Positions 47,386 to 58,522 are shown, numbered from the stretch's first letter. The stretch: 64,000 nucleotides of DNA from Candidatus Tayloriibacteriota bacterium (GCA_943350765.1 CALRAJ010000004.1:19309-83308); one strand, 5' to 3'. Program-made: numbers and translations. The notes: generated by a model from the letters alone, not told the origin.

Positions 47386-48378
47386 TTGAAACCAATTACC
47401 AAAAAAGGGGTAATGATAATCCTCACCACCGTAATCGTCAGTTTCGGTATATTTTTTGTTGCTACATGGTCACAAAAATCTTCTCAAAAAATCACCTACA
47501 CAGGGCTTGAGGCGGTAAAACCCGGAGAAGAGCTGACAGACACAACTTCAGAAATAGATTCGGATGGAGACAACCTAAAAGACTGGGAAGAAGTTTTGTG
47601 GCGTACCGACCCCAGAAAGGCCGATACGGATCTAGATGGCACATCAGATGGTCAAGAGGTAAAGGAGGGTAGAAATCCCACCGTAAAGGGACCCAAGGAC
47701 AAAATATCAGAAAATCCATTTACTCAAAATCAAGATGGTTTAAAAAATGCTCCACCACTCACAATCACCGATAAGTTTGCCAGAGATGTCTTTGACCAAT
47801 ACATGACAGCCAAGCAGGCAAACGGTGGGACACCTCTGACCACCGATGAGCAGAGGACTATTGTACTCAAAATGCTCGATGCCAGCGATGATGTCCTGGC
47901 AAAGATAGAGTACTCTCGGACTGATTTAAATATCGCCAAAAATAGCTCATCCGAAACTATCCGTGCGTACGGCAATGAGCTAGGCAGAATAATCCACACT
48001 TATTCTATTACCGCAAAAGACGAGGGTATTATACTTCGCGATAGCATCAAAGATAATGACCCCGAGCTTGTAAAACAGCTCGACCCTATTATCAAATCAT
48101 ACCAAAATCTTCTGAGTAATTTCCTCAAAGCACGAATCCCTGCAAACGCGGTGTTTATCCACCTTACGCTAATAAATAGTTTTAGTGATATAATTACGAC
48201 TGTCCAAGGGATGCGAAATATCTATACTGATCCGATAGCTACACTTCAGGGTGCAGGGCATTTCCCAGAGGCACGGGCAAGTGTTGTAAATGCTCTTGTC
48301 CGTGTTAAGGCATACTTCAAGGAAAATGGAGTAGTGTTTACCCAAGGGGAACAAGGGTACATTTTTAATTCAAACTGA
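47386..48378 (+). CDS. Membrane-anchored protein with Ca-binding DxDxDG (TSP3-like) repeats
   Basis: DSDGDNLKDWEE..TDPRKADTDLDGTSDGQEV; TTG start. Confidence 0.75.
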   Translation: MKPITKKGVMIILTTVIVSFGIFFVATWSQKSSQKITYTGLEAVKPGEELTDTTSEIDSDGDNLKDWEEVLWRTDPRKADTDLDGTSDGQEVKEGRNPTVKGPKDKISENPFTQNQDGLKNAPPLTITDKFARDVFDQYMTAKQANGGTPLTTDEQRTIVLKMLDASDDVLAKIEYSRTDLNIAKNSSSETIRAYGNELGRIIHTYSITAKDEGIILRDSIKDNDPELVKQLDPIIKSYQNLLSNFLKARIPANAVFIHLTLINSFSDIITTVQGMRNIYTDPIATLQGAGHFPEARASVVNALVRVKAYFKENGVVFTQGEQGYIFNSN

Positions 48379-48382
48379 TAGC

Positions 48383-50056
48383 ATGGTCAGAAACACTTTT
48401 TACAAAATTATAAGCGTAGCTCTTATATTTTCTTTTGTTTTTTCATCTACTTTTTTTATACAACCACCTAAAAAAGCAGAGGCTTTTGCCGCACTAACAT
48501 TTGACGGGGGAAACTTTATACAAAACACCCTGTCAGCCATTGCTGATACTGCAAGTAGTATTGCTGAATACGCTATCCAGTACAAGGAGTTTGTCCTCGA
48601 TGGTATTGTCAACTACATCGCCAAAGCCGTTCTCCGCCAGCTCACCACCAGTGTGGTGAACTGGATAAACAGCGGCTTTGACGGCAACCCATCCTTTGTT
48701 ACCGACCCAGCTGGCTTTTTTGCAAATATTGCCAACGAGGAGATTGGTAAGTTTATAGAAGGATCATCAGACCTCAACTTTCTCTGTAGCCCATTCCGTA
48801 TCGATGTTCGCATCGCTCTGGCATTCCAGTATTCGCCATTTAAAAAGAGGATTACTTGTACTTTTACCGATTCAGTCATAAACCTAAGTAATGCAGTGGG
48901 TGGTGCAACCATAAACGGCAAAAGTTTCACTAAGGGCAACTTTAGCAACGGAGGTTGGGATAATTGGATTTCACTCACCACCAATCCTCAAAACAATGTC
49001 TACGGCGCCACACTCATGGCACAGGTAGAGCTTTCGAGGCGTATCGCCGACAGACAAAAAAACAGCCAGAAAGAGCTCGATCACGGTCGAGGTTTCCTCT
49101 CATGGAAGAGCGATTGTACTGGCAAAAGCTCTGCCAATGCTGCTGAATATCGTACTCAGCTCGCAGAGGTTGGGGACAAAAATAGTGATAATTATGACGC
49201 CGAGGAAGCTACTCGCTACAAAAACATGTTACGGGCAGAGGAGAATACTGGCTGTAAGGTAAACACCCCTGGTTCTGTCATAGAGGGTCAGCTAGGCAAA
49301 GTCCTCGGCAGTAGTATAGACAGCCTCGGCCTAGCCGATGAGTTCAACGAAATCGTCAACGCCCTCTTTGCCCAGCTAGTAAATCAGGTAGTCGGTGGTG
49401 GGGGTGGTCTCCGTGGTGCGAGCCAGCCTACCTACGATGGCTCCTCATACTTAGACAAGCTCGGAGCAGCTCAAGACGCCGACACACTTAAAAATATCAG
49501 CTCTAGGGGTGCGGATGGGATAGATAAGTCGCTCGAGCTCATGGATAGATACAAGGCCGAAAAGCAAGCCTCGTTCACTGTAGTACTGATCGCTGAAAAC
49601 AAGCTTGTCCAGCTAGAAATGTGCTATACCCGCAAAGTCTCGACCCCCCAGACACCACCACTCAGTACCTATCAGGTAGACGAGGCAAACCGTCTTGCGA
49701 GCGAAGCTCGTGCAAGTATAGAGACCAATATAGCCTCAATAAAAAACCAGCTAAGCAATGATATCACTGCAGCAAACACAATTATCAATAAACTAGAGGT
49801 ACTCAAGTCTCGCATCGCCAACACCACATCACTCGATGACACCCTAAAGGCGACTTCAGAGTATGAAGCGTTACTCACGAGCAAGGGTCCAGATGCTATA
49901 AACGACGAGATCGATGTGTCAGTAGCTACAGTACAAAAAGAGGATATCTCTGCTAAAATGAAGGTGTTAAATACCGAGACAGATCGCAAGATCGGTATCT
50001 GCGAATCTGGTCAAATAGATGTAGGGAACACTGGCCAGCAAGGCGATCGAACATGA
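48383..50056 (+). CDS. Secreted T4SS-cluster protein, TrbJ/VirB5-like N-terminus
   Basis: Signal peptide ending KAEA, then TFDGGNFIQNTLSA; coiled coils. Confidence 0.6.
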   Translation: MVRNTFYKIISVALIFSFVFSSTFFIQPPKKAEAFAALTFDGGNFIQNTLSAIADTASSIAEYAIQYKEFVLDGIVNYIAKAVLRQLTTSVVNWINSGFDGNPSFVTDPAGFFANIANEEIGKFIEGSSDLNFLCSPFRIDVRIALAFQYSPFKKRITCTFTDSVINLSNAVGGATINGKSFTKGNFSNGGWDNWISLTTNPQNNVYGATLMAQVELSRRIADRQKNSQKELDHGRGFLSWKSDCTGKSSANAAEYRTQLAEVGDKNSDNYDAEEATRYKNMLRAEENTGCKVNTPGSVIEGQLGKVLGSSIDSLGLADEFNEIVNALFAQLVNQVVGGGGGLRGASQPTYDGSSYLDKLGAAQDADTLKNISSRGADGIDKSLELMDRYKAEKQASFTVVLIAENKLVQLEMCYTRKVSTPQTPPLSTYQVDEANRLASEARASIETNIASIKNQLSNDITAANTIINKLEVLKSRIANTTSLDDTLKATSEYEALLTSKGPDAINDEIDVSVATVQKEDISAKMKVLNTETDRKIGICESGQIDVGNTGQQGDRT

Positions 50057-52248
50057 AAAAATATCTACCTCACATTTTCATATTAGCACTCATCCTCGGC
50101 TGGGCTGGGACTTTTGGGGTGGGGGTGGTGCATGCAGGTTCACCACTTGAAGCTGGTTTAGACTATATTGCAGCACAAACAGGAAACATGATACTCACCG
50201 CAATGTCCTCACTAGTCTATGTCTCTGGACTTCTTTTGGATTTATCTCTGCAGTGGACATTAAACATGGCGGCCTTGGTAAAAGGTATACCCGCTATTGA
50301 GCTCGGCTGGAAGGTTTTCCGCGACCTCAGCACCATGTTCTTTATTTTTATCCTTCTCTACACCGCTATCAGCACTATTTTAGGAAAAGGTAGTGTTGAA
50401 GATGCAAAAAAGGTGGTAGTAAGTATTGTAGTAGCAGGACTTCTCATAAACTTTAGCTTGTTCTTTACCAAAATAGTCATTGATACCTCAAATGTTATTT
50501 CTCTTGGGTTTTATAAGGCCTTAGTACCTGATGGTGCAAGTAGAAAAGATGGTCTTTCTGCAATTTTTATGCAGAGCCTCTATCTCCAAACTGTCTATGA
50601 TGCACAAGGAATAGGGACAGCATCTGTTTCAAATTCAAATCTTTCTGGCTCTGGACTAGTAGCTGGTGCAAGTTGGACGAAATTATTTATCAACACCCTT
50701 ATGGGGTCATTGGTGATGCTGGTCGCCTCCATCGTATTTTTAGCGGGAGCATTTTTCTTTACTGTCCGTATTGTAATGCTTTTACTACTTATGGTTACTT
50801 CTCCTATAGCCTTTGCAGGACAAGCCCTCTCTGGGAAAGCCGAGAAGCTAGCCGAAAAGTGGAAAGATGAGCTAATAAACCAATGTCTTTTTATGCCAGC
50901 CTACCTAGCCATTACCTATGTAGGAATAAAAATTGTCGCCTCTCAAGCCTTTCAGGACGCCGTTAACCCTGCCAAGGCGAGTTTCTCTACGGTTGCCGTA
51001 GGGAATGTTGGTGTTATATTTAACTACCTCATCGTTATCGTATTCCTGATGGCTGCCCTGATACTAGCAAAACAGTTTGGGGTGATGGGAGCTGAAACTG
51101 TCAATGGCTGGGCTGAGGGGGCACTCAAAGCGGTACCAAACCTTACTGCGAGAAAAACGCTGGGTGGAGCAGGACACTGGGCAGAAAGAAAGCTTGAAAA
51201 TACAGTCATCGGGAACAGTGGTGTCGGCAGGTCACTTCGAAGTATCAGTACTGGTGCATTAGCAAATCAAAAATTCCTCGGAGACAAGTCCTACACGGAT
51301 GATGTAAAAGAAGGTAAGGAAATCAAAGCAAAAAGAAATCAGATCAATGATAATGCAACCATACGGGCTGGTGCTAGCGCTAGAGCTGCTGTTGCAAGTA
51401 GAGGTGTAGGAGCTACTGTTACAAATGAAGAGCGGGCACAAATTGATGCTGGTGAAATAGCACTCCAGAGAATGTCGTCTTCTGATATTGTTACACAAAC
51501 CCCTCAGATGCTGACGGAAAACGCAAAGAATTTAAATGAGGCTCAAGTTAAAGCAATCATGAAGAGTGATAAATTTACAGATGAAAATAAAGAGGAAATG
51601 CTCAAAGCCCGATTTGCACCAGTCGACGAAGCACTTGGGGTTCTTCATGAGGTTCTTGATAGAAGACCACCCGCTTCACCCACTGAAATAGATGCTGCAA
51701 AAGCTAAGCTTGGTGACGCAATTAGTGGTCTTTCCGATACTGACATAGAAAACCTTGGTTATGAACGCTTAAAAGACCCTGTTCTTATTGATGCACTCCC
51801 TTACTCGAAAATAAAAATTGCTACAGATAAGAAAACTGAAGGTTATAGTACTGATCAGAAAAAATTCTTCAAGGAAAGGAAGTTTAAACCTTTTACAGAC
51901 GCACTCGCCGCAATTCCTCCCAATCCAGTTGCTATTGAGAAAGAACTTGGAGCTCTCAGACTCAGTTCGGATGAGGTTGCTGAACTCGGCAAAAAAACCC
52001 TAGTTAAGTTAGCAGAAAATAAATGCTTGCCAACATTAGCACTTCCAAAGATAGCTGAAAAAATGACAAGTCAGGGAGAGCGTGATGAGATTATAGATGC
52101 CATAAAAGCTGCGCACGGAGGAAACCTTGCAGGCTTCCTAAACGATCCCAACAGGGCAGAGCTTCCTGACGCAACAGTTGCAACGCTTTCAAAAAAGGAC
52201 AAGGCTATTTACAGCTTCTTTATAGGTCCAATCGGCAGAAGTTTTTAA
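50053..52248 (+). CDS. VirB6/TrbL-like polytopic membrane protein with long C-terminal domain
   Basis: GWKVFRDL..LINFSLFFTKIVID..RIVMLLLLMVTSPIAF; multiple TMs. Confidence 0.7.
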   Translation: MKKYLPHIFILALILGWAGTFGVGVVHAGSPLEAGLDYIAAQTGNMILTAMSSLVYVSGLLLDLSLQWTLNMAALVKGIPAIELGWKVFRDLSTMFFIFILLYTAISTILGKGSVEDAKKVVVSIVVAGLLINFSLFFTKIVIDTSNVISLGFYKALVPDGASRKDGLSAIFMQSLYLQTVYDAQGIGTASVSNSNLSGSGLVAGASWTKLFINTLMGSLVMLVASIVFLAGAFFFTVRIVMLLLLMVTSPIAFAGQALSGKAEKLAEKWKDELINQCLFMPAYLAITYVGIKIVASQAFQDAVNPAKASFSTVAVGNVGVIFNYLIVIVFLMAALILAKQFGVMGAETVNGWAEGALKAVPNLTARKTLGGAGHWAERKLENTVIGNSGVGRSLRSISTGALANQKFLGDKSYTDDVKEGKEIKAKRNQINDNATIRAGASARAAVASRGVGATVTNEERAQIDAGEIALQRMSSSDIVTQTPQMLTENAKNLNEAQVKAIMKSDKFTDENKEEMLKARFAPVDEALGVLHEVLDRRPPASPTEIDAAKAKLGDAISGLSDTDIENLGYERLKDPVLIDALPYSKIKIATDKKTEGYSTDQKKFFKERKFKPFTDALAAIPPNPVAIEKELGALRLSSDEVAELGKKTLVKLAENKCLPTLALPKIAEKMTSQGERDEIIDAIKAAHGGNLAGFLNDPNRAELPDATVATLSKKDKAIYSFFIGPIGRSF

Positions 52249-52259
52249 TAAATTAAAGT

Positions 52260-53096
52260 ATGTACACAAAAGAACAAAAATTAGACGCGTATCGCAAACT
52301 CCCTGAGGAAATAAAAGCTGTCATTTCTGCTGAAGATGTGACTGATAAGATTACCGCGGTAGGAAACAAGCACAACCTCCTCATCGACAAACAAGGAATG
52401 CTTGTCGACGAAATCGGTCTCGTCATGTTCGGGCTCACTCATCCAGACAAGTTTGTAGACAGTCTGAAAAATCGTCTTGGGATATCACATGACGATGCCG
52501 AGGCTATCGCCACTGATGTAAACAATGAAATCTTGCTCGAAATCCGCGAAGAATTGAAAAAGATTAGTGCAAAAAATGCCGAGACAGAAAAAACCTCCAA
52601 TCTCGCTCACGATAGCCTAGACCCTGTCGAGACGGACGAGCATCACGCCACCCTAAAGAGGGAAGACATCCTGAGAGATATTGAGGATCCCGCTCCAACA
52701 CAGAATCCAACCCTAACTAGAACCACTCTTCCTTTAGCAAGGACCGTCATTGCAAAAGATGCCGAGGCTATTCAGCCTGCCGTAGCCAAAACCTCCCCAC
52801 CTCCATCAAACCTCCCTGTTGCCTATAACGACAACGACCTACCCACCGTTATCCCTCAAATGGATCATTCCTACCCGACACCAGCAAAAAAAGAAGTAGC
52901 TCCCGATAGTCCAGCAACCACTTTAGTCAGAACAGTCCCACTCACACAGACTGTCCTTGCAAAGGAAACCACTCCAAACATCGTTTCCGCCAAACTCAGT
53001 GGGGTAGTCGTTACCACGACCACAAGGATCCCTGAAAAGCCGTCTGCTACAAAAACCCCCTACAAAACAGACCCCTATCGAGAGGGGATAAATTAA
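52260..53096 (+). CDS. Hypothetical protein with Pro/Thr-rich linker and C-terminal DPYRE motif
   Basis: Helical N-domain, low-complexity region, YKTDPYREGIN end. Confidence 0.7.
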   Translation: MYTKEQKLDAYRKLPEEIKAVISAEDVTDKITAVGNKHNLLIDKQGMLVDEIGLVMFGLTHPDKFVDSLKNRLGISHDDAEAIATDVNNEILLEIREELKKISAKNAETEKTSNLAHDSLDPVETDEHHATLKREDILRDIEDPAPTQNPTLTRTTLPLARTVIAKDAEAIQPAVAKTSPPPSNLPVAYNDNDLPTVIPQMDHSYPTPAKKEVAPDSPATTLVRTVPLTQTVLAKETTPNIVSAKLSGVVVTTTTRIPEKPSATKTPYKTDPYREGIN

Positions 53097-53197
53097 CAGA
53101 CAAAATAACCCCGAAGCCGAGACTCTGATTTGACTTTTTTAAACATTCTGCTAATATGTATGTATTCAGACGAAAAGGGATCCAAACGGCTAACTAC

Positions 53198-53731
53198 CTA
53201 AGGAGCCCTTTTCTTTTTTAGCTCTATCTTTGCTCTTATATTTTCTAGATAATCAAAGTATCTAGACCCAATCTCTTTATACAAAGATGATGCGAACTTT
53301 TTATTCGGAAATAAAACCTTCTCAAACCTATTTTCTTCTATCAAAAAATCAACTACAAGTTTGTAATCTCCGTCCCCAGAAACCAAAACAATTTTTGTAA
53401 AATCTTCTTTTTTATACATCTTTTTCATAATATGAAAAATAATATCTGAATCGACATTTCCTTTTTTCTTTCCCATCATCGCTGGATTGTGTTCTCGGAA
53501 TATGAGAACAAAACCAGCACTTTGTATTTCTTCGTATAAATCTTGATTTTCTTCTTGAACATAACCTAGAAAATAGTAGGCTTTACCCACACTGTATTTT
53601 TGCTCAAGATACACACGAAATCTTGTGAGGTCAATTCTCCAAGGGTCGGCTTCTCGCTTAGCAGTACCCATATACAGATTCTGTCCATCTACAAACGCAA
53701 GGTTATTTGTGTGCTTAGTATTCGTGTTCAT
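53198..53731 (-). CDS. NYN-domain (PIN-like) nuclease inserted antisense in the T4SS-like cluster
   Basis: FVDGQNLY, KGNVDSD, SGDGDY. Confidence 0.9.
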   Translation of the reverse strand: MNTNTKHTNNLAFVDGQNLYMGTAKREADPWRIDLTRFRVYLEQKYSVGKAYYFLGYVQEENQDLYEEIQSAGFVLIFREHNPAMMGKKKGNVDSDIIFHIMKKMYKKEDFTKIVLVSGDGDYKLVVDFLIEENRFEKVLFPNKKFASSLYKEIGSRYFDYLENIRAKIELKKKRAP

Positions 53732-53903
53732 AGTGTGTTTTTGATTTTATCTTAACATAATTAGCATTATAAACACCATTAGATACTTATCCCCAAATAA
53801 CCTCTAAGGGTCATTATTTCACATATAGCAAATATCCTTGATTTTAGTATAATCAAGTAAAGAAAAACTGTATCAAATTATAAGATTTTTATTCACCGCC
53901 ATT

Positions 53904-54332
53904 ATGCGTTTCCAAGTACCACAATTTATCGAAATAGAAGACAAAATAATCGGTCAATTTACCTTTAAGCAGTTTGTCTACATGGGTGGTGGTCTCGGAC
54001 TTTCTTTTGTTGTCTACAATTTTCTAAATATCTACATCGCCCTGATTCTTATTGCTCCGATACTCGCCTTTGCTGGTGCTCTCGCATTTTACAAGCCATA
54101 CAACCCCAGCCAAATACCTTTTTCAGCTCTGGTAGAGTCCGCTGTCAGGTACATAAGCAACGAAAAGCTCTATATCTGGAAGAAAAAAGACCGTCTAGTA
54201 ACACCAAGTGGTACCGGCGAGCTTGTGGACACAGCGATGCTTAGTGTACCAAAGCTTTCGGATAGCAAGCTCAAAGACCTTACATGGAGCCTCGACATAA
54301 ACAACAGTCTCTATTCAGACAAAAGACATTAA
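53904..54332 (+). CDS. PrgI-family (VirB3-like) protein
   Basis: FQVPQFIEIEDKIIGQFTFKQF plus two TMs. Confidence 0.85.
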   Translation: MRFQVPQFIEIEDKIIGQFTFKQFVYMGGGLGLSFVVYNFLNIYIALILIAPILAFAGALAFYKPYNPSQIPFSALVESAVRYISNEKLYIWKKKDRLVTPSGTGELVDTAMLSVPKLSDSKLKDLTWSLDINNSLYSDKRH

Positions 54333-54381
54333 ACAACACCTATATTTCTGCTCGAGAGCAGGGCGTGATATACTTAAAACC

Positions 54382-55029
54382 ATGGCGACACTCAGCTCAA
54401 AAACAACTCAAGATTTTGTACCCATAAAAGAGGTAAAGAATGGCATCGTTATTCTCAAAGACGGTGGTATGCGAGGTATACTCATGGCTTCATCTCTAAA
54501 CTTTGCTTTAAAATCTACAGACGAGCAAAACTCCATCATCTACCAATTCCAAAACTTTTTGAACTCTCTCGACTTTTCTGTGCAAATATTTATCCAATCA
54601 AAGCGCCTGGATATTCGCCCATACATAGCGCTCCTAGAAAACAGATACAAGGAACAACCGGGGGACCTCATGAAAATCCAGACCCGCGAGTACATAGAGT
54701 TTATCAAAAACTTTACCGACAACTCCAGTATCATGACAAAAAGCTTTTTTATCGTCGTTCCTTACTCGCCAGCAATTCTACAAACAAAAGATAGTATTGT
54801 GGGCAAGCTTCTCGGCAAAAAATCTTCTACCGAGGTCGATGTAAATAAGCAAAAAATAGAGGATTTTGAAGAACACCGTAGTCAGCTCGAGCAGAGACTG
54901 AGCGTGGTAGAGCAAGGTCTCGTGAGATCTGGGGTACGAGTAGTACAGCTGGGCACCGAGGAGATAGTCGAGCTGTATTATCGCATATTCAATCCTGGAG
55001 ATATGGAAAAGCCGATACAGCTTACATAA
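54382..55029 (+). CDS. TraC/VirB4-associated conserved protein
   Basis: LNFALKSTDEQ..FQNFLNSLDFSVQI; lies between PrgI and VirB4. Confidence 0.7.
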   Translation: MATLSSKTTQDFVPIKEVKNGIVILKDGGMRGILMASSLNFALKSTDEQNSIIYQFQNFLNSLDFSVQIFIQSKRLDIRPYIALLENRYKEQPGDLMKIQTREYIEFIKNFTDNSSIMTKSFFIVVPYSPAILQTKDSIVGKLLGKKSSTEVDVNKQKIEDFEEHRSQLEQRLSVVEQGLVRSGVRVVQLGTEEIVELYYRIFNPGDMEKPIQLT

Positions 55030-55057
55030 TCACCGAGAACTAAGCTATACTTAACAC

Positions 55058-56866
55058 ATGGGAATATTCTCAAACTTATTTGGACCAAAAAAAGAAGTGC
55101 CGATCGCATCTATTTTGCCTCAGCAGATATATAATGCTGGCGTACTTGAGCTAAAGGATATCATTGCTCCATCGGCACTAAAAGTAAGCCCTAAAGAGCT
55201 CAATCTTGGTGAGAAGATCGCCCGCACCTTTTTCGTCATTTCTTATCCTCGATTTCTTTCTGATAGCTGGTTTGCACCTATTATAAACCTCGACAAAGTT
55301 TTCAACATTTCTATTTTTATTCACCCTGTCGATACCGCAAAAGCCCTCCGCACATTCCAGACCAAAGTAGCCGAGGTGCAGAGTCAGATCAATGTTCGAG
55401 AAAAAAAGGGTCTAGTGCGTGACCCAATGCTCGATACTGCCTATCGTGACCTCGAGCAACTCCGCGACAGCCTCCAGCAAGCTCAAGAAAAACTTTTTGA
55501 TGTGGGTGTTTACATTACTATCTATGGCGATAGTGCAGGGGAGCTAGACAAAACCGAGTCTGAGATCAAATCCGTACTCGAGTCAAAGCTTGTATACCTA
55601 AAACCCGCCCTTTTCCAGCAGGAGCAAGGCTACAAGAGCATTTTACCTATTGCTACCGACGAGCTCAATGTACACTCAAAACTCAACTCCTCACCACTCT
55701 CCAGTCTCTTTCCGTTTGTTTCATTTGACCTCACTTCAGACAAAGGTATTCTGTATGGTATCAATCGTCACAACTCTAGCCTTGTGCTTTTTGACCGTTT
55801 TCTACTCGAAAACTACAACTCAGTAACCTTTGCAAAAGCTGGTTCTGGTAAATCATATGCCGTAAAGCTCGAAATTCTCCGCACCCTGATGTTTGAGACT
55901 GAGGTTATCGTTATTGATCCAGAAAAGGAGTACGAATACATGTCCGAGGCAGTCGGCGGACGATACTTCAATATTTCGCTCACATCAGAGCATCATATCA
56001 ACCCTTTTGATCTTCCTATCCCTAGAGAAGATGAGTCTGCGTCAGATGTATTGCGTTCAAATATTGTAAACCTTGTCGGTCTATTTCGTATTATGATGGG
56101 AGGGCTTACTCAGGAAGAAGACGCTATCATCGACCGAGCTATCACGGAAACATATGCACTCAAAGACATCACCGCTGAGTCTGATTTTCGCAATGTCGAG
56201 CCACCACTTCTTTCAGATTTTGAGCTGGTACTGGCTGGTATGGAGGGAGGGGAGTCACTGGTACAAAAGCTTAGTAAATATACAAAAGGAACTTGGTCTG
56301 GCTTTATCAACAGACCGTCAAATGTAGACATCAACAAAAAGTTTGTAGTCTTTTCGCTCCGTGATATGGAAGATGAGCTCAAACCTGTCGCTATGTATAT
56401 TGTTACTCATTATATCTGGAATGCTATTCGCAAAAACCTCAAAAAACGCCTGTTGGTCATCGACGAGGCGTGGTGGATGATGAAATCCGACGACACAGCA
56501 TCATTCCTCCTCGGTCTTGCCAAAAGAGGACGAAAATACTATCTCGGTCTTGCTACCATCACTCAAGATGTTGATGACTTTCTCAAATCACCTTATGGTC
56601 TGCCAATTATTACTAACTCTTCCATTCAAATACTACTAAAACAGTCTCCGTCATCTATAGATATTCTTCAGAAGACCTTCAATCTCACCGACGAGGAAAA
56701 ATACCTTTTGCTCGAGTCGGATATTGGAGAGGGTATATTCTTTGTTGGTCTCAAGCATGTAGCTATTAAGGTAATCGCCTCATATACCGAGGACCAAATC
56801 ATTACGACGAATCCCGAGCAGGTTTTGGCGATCAAGCGAGCAAAAGACGAGCTCGCAGGGCAGTAA
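55058..56866 (+). CDS. virB4: VirB4/TraC-like T4SS ATPase
   Basis: AKAGSGKS, VIDPEKEY, INPFD, LLVIDEAW, KRGRKY..ITQD. Confidence 0.9.
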   Translation: MGIFSNLFGPKKEVPIASILPQQIYNAGVLELKDIIAPSALKVSPKELNLGEKIARTFFVISYPRFLSDSWFAPIINLDKVFNISIFIHPVDTAKALRTFQTKVAEVQSQINVREKKGLVRDPMLDTAYRDLEQLRDSLQQAQEKLFDVGVYITIYGDSAGELDKTESEIKSVLESKLVYLKPALFQQEQGYKSILPIATDELNVHSKLNSSPLSSLFPFVSFDLTSDKGILYGINRHNSSLVLFDRFLLENYNSVTFAKAGSGKSYAVKLEILRTLMFETEVIVIDPEKEYEYMSEAVGGRYFNISLTSEHHINPFDLPIPREDESASDVLRSNIVNLVGLFRIMMGGLTQEEDAIIDRAITETYALKDITAESDFRNVEPPLLSDFELVLAGMEGGESLVQKLSKYTKGTWSGFINRPSNVDINKKFVVFSLRDMEDELKPVAMYIVTHYIWNAIRKNLKKRLLVIDEAWWMMKSDDTASFLLGLAKRGRKYYLGLATITQDVDDFLKSPYGLPIITNSSIQILLKQSPSSIDILQKTFNLTDEEKYLLLESDIGEGIFFVGLKHVAIKVIASYTEDQIITTNPEQVLAIKRAKDELAGQ

Positions 56867-56952
56867 GTAACATATTTTTTACCTTTTTAGGCGATTAATA
56901 TGTGTCAGAATTGTAAAATCTTTTCTGTTATCTTTTTTAATCTTAATCAACC

Positions 56953-57465
56953 ATGGCAAGTCGAATAAGTAAAACCGAGTGGAAGATATTAGTGGGTTTA
57001 GCTGTTATTGTAGACGGGATACAGATAATCCTCGACTTTTTTGGTATTGGTATTATAGTTAATCGCTTTATTGATGTAGCTGTTGGTATCGCCCTACCGC
57101 TATATCTCCAAACACAAGGGGTAAGTATGGCAAATCCAAAAAGATTACTGGGTATGCTCGGAGCATTTGTCGGTGAAATGATACCCGTAGTAGATAGTCT
57201 TCCCCTGTGGACAGCTGATGTACTTTTTACATGGAGTACTGTCAAAGCTGAGGAGCTGATAGCCAAAGCACCTGGTGGCAAAATGCTGGCAAAAAAGATT
57301 CAAAACTCTCAAAATACTCCGGGACCATCTGACGAAGGCGAGGTTGATGAAGGTTCAAATGATACAGACCTAGACAATATCGATTTAAATGCTGAAGTAG
57401 GAGACTCAAATAATTCTCCCCAACGAGACCGTCCTGTCTTGCAAGACATCCGCCCACGGCTATGA
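56953..57465 (+). CDS. Hypothetical membrane protein with acidic tail
   Basis: EMIPVVDSLPLWT motif; TMs. Confidence 0.7.
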   Translation: MASRISKTEWKILVGLAVIVDGIQIILDFFGIGIIVNRFIDVAVGIALPLYLQTQGVSMANPKRLLGMLGAFVGEMIPVVDSLPLWTADVLFTWSTVKAEELIAKAPGGKMLAKKIQNSQNTPGPSDEGEVDEGSNDTDLDNIDLNAEVGDSNNSPQRDRPVLQDIRPRL

Positions 57466-57478
57466 TAAAATATAAGTA

Positions 57479-58516
57479 ATGAAATTACGCTCTGTTTATT
57501 TTAATCTTTTCTGTTTAGTAGTCTTTAGTGTTTTTTCTCTGGCTTCTTTTTCACATACTCACGCACAAATCACAAACGATATACCCAGTGCCATAGAGGT
57601 AGACATCGCCCCTCAAAATCCTGGTCCAAATACCGAGACCAGCATCACTATCAAAAACTACTCCACCGATCTCGACCGGGCCACCATCACTTGGTCACTA
57701 AACAACAAACAGCTACAAAAAGCTGTCGGCTCTACTCATTTTGAATTTCGCACAGGTCCTTTGGGAACCCCCTCGGTCGTTACTGTTGTTATTAACACCG
57801 TGAGTGGTAGGACTATTCGCAAAAACATCACCCTCCGGCCATCTGAGGTAGACCTCGTGTGGGAGACTAGTGGCTATACACCACCTTTTTATCGTGGAAA
57901 ATCTATTTATGTCAATCAAGGCTTTGTAACAGTCGTGGCAATCCCAAATATGGTCGGGATAAATGGCAAAAAACTAAACTCTAAAAATCTAGTCTACAAA
58001 TGGAGCGTGGATGGGGAGATAAAGGGCAGTGACTCTGGATATGGCAAGGATAGTTTCGTATTCCAAGGGGGTATTGTGCCACAGCCTACTACTATATCCG
58101 TCGAGGCCTCGTCTCTGACCGATGGTACCCGTGCCTCGGCTAGTATTGAGCTCGATCCAGAGAGACCCGAACTTTTGCTATACCAAGACGATCCTCTCTA
58201 CGGCATATTCTACAACAGAGCTCTACTCGAAACATTTCGCCTTACAGATGATGAGGTCACTTTTCTAGCTTTACCATATTTCTTTTCTGGTAAAACACCG
58301 ACCGTTTCAAGCCTCAGCTATGTATGGAGTATGAACGGTACCGATCTCGGTGACACCGCAAAGAAAAATAGGGTTACCTTGAGAAGGAGCGGCCAGACCG
58401 AGTCGGGGAGTGCTACTATTAGTATCGGTCTAGAAAACTCCCGAGACATCCTACAGGGCGCTAGGCACGATCTCTCCATATCTTTTGAAGCCAAGGGCAA
58501 GGAGGTAAAATTTTAA
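57479..58516 (+). CDS. Secreted protein with Ig/PKD-like beta domains
   Basis: Signal peptide; repeated ITWSLN/YKWSVD/YVWSMN; YTPPFYRGK. Confidence 0.7.
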   Translation: MKLRSVYFNLFCLVVFSVFSLASFSHTHAQITNDIPSAIEVDIAPQNPGPNTETSITIKNYSTDLDRATITWSLNNKQLQKAVGSTHFEFRTGPLGTPSVVTVVINTVSGRTIRKNITLRPSEVDLVWETSGYTPPFYRGKSIYVNQGFVTVVAIPNMVGINGKKLNSKNLVYKWSVDGEIKGSDSGYGKDSFVFQGGIVPQPTTISVEASSLTDGTRASASIELDPERPELLLYQDDPLYGIFYNRALLETFRLTDDEVTFLALPYFFSGKTPTVSSLSYVWSMNGTDLGDTAKKNRVTLRRSGQTESGSATISIGLENSRDILQGARHDLSISFEAKGKEVKF

Positions 58517-58522
58517 CATTTT

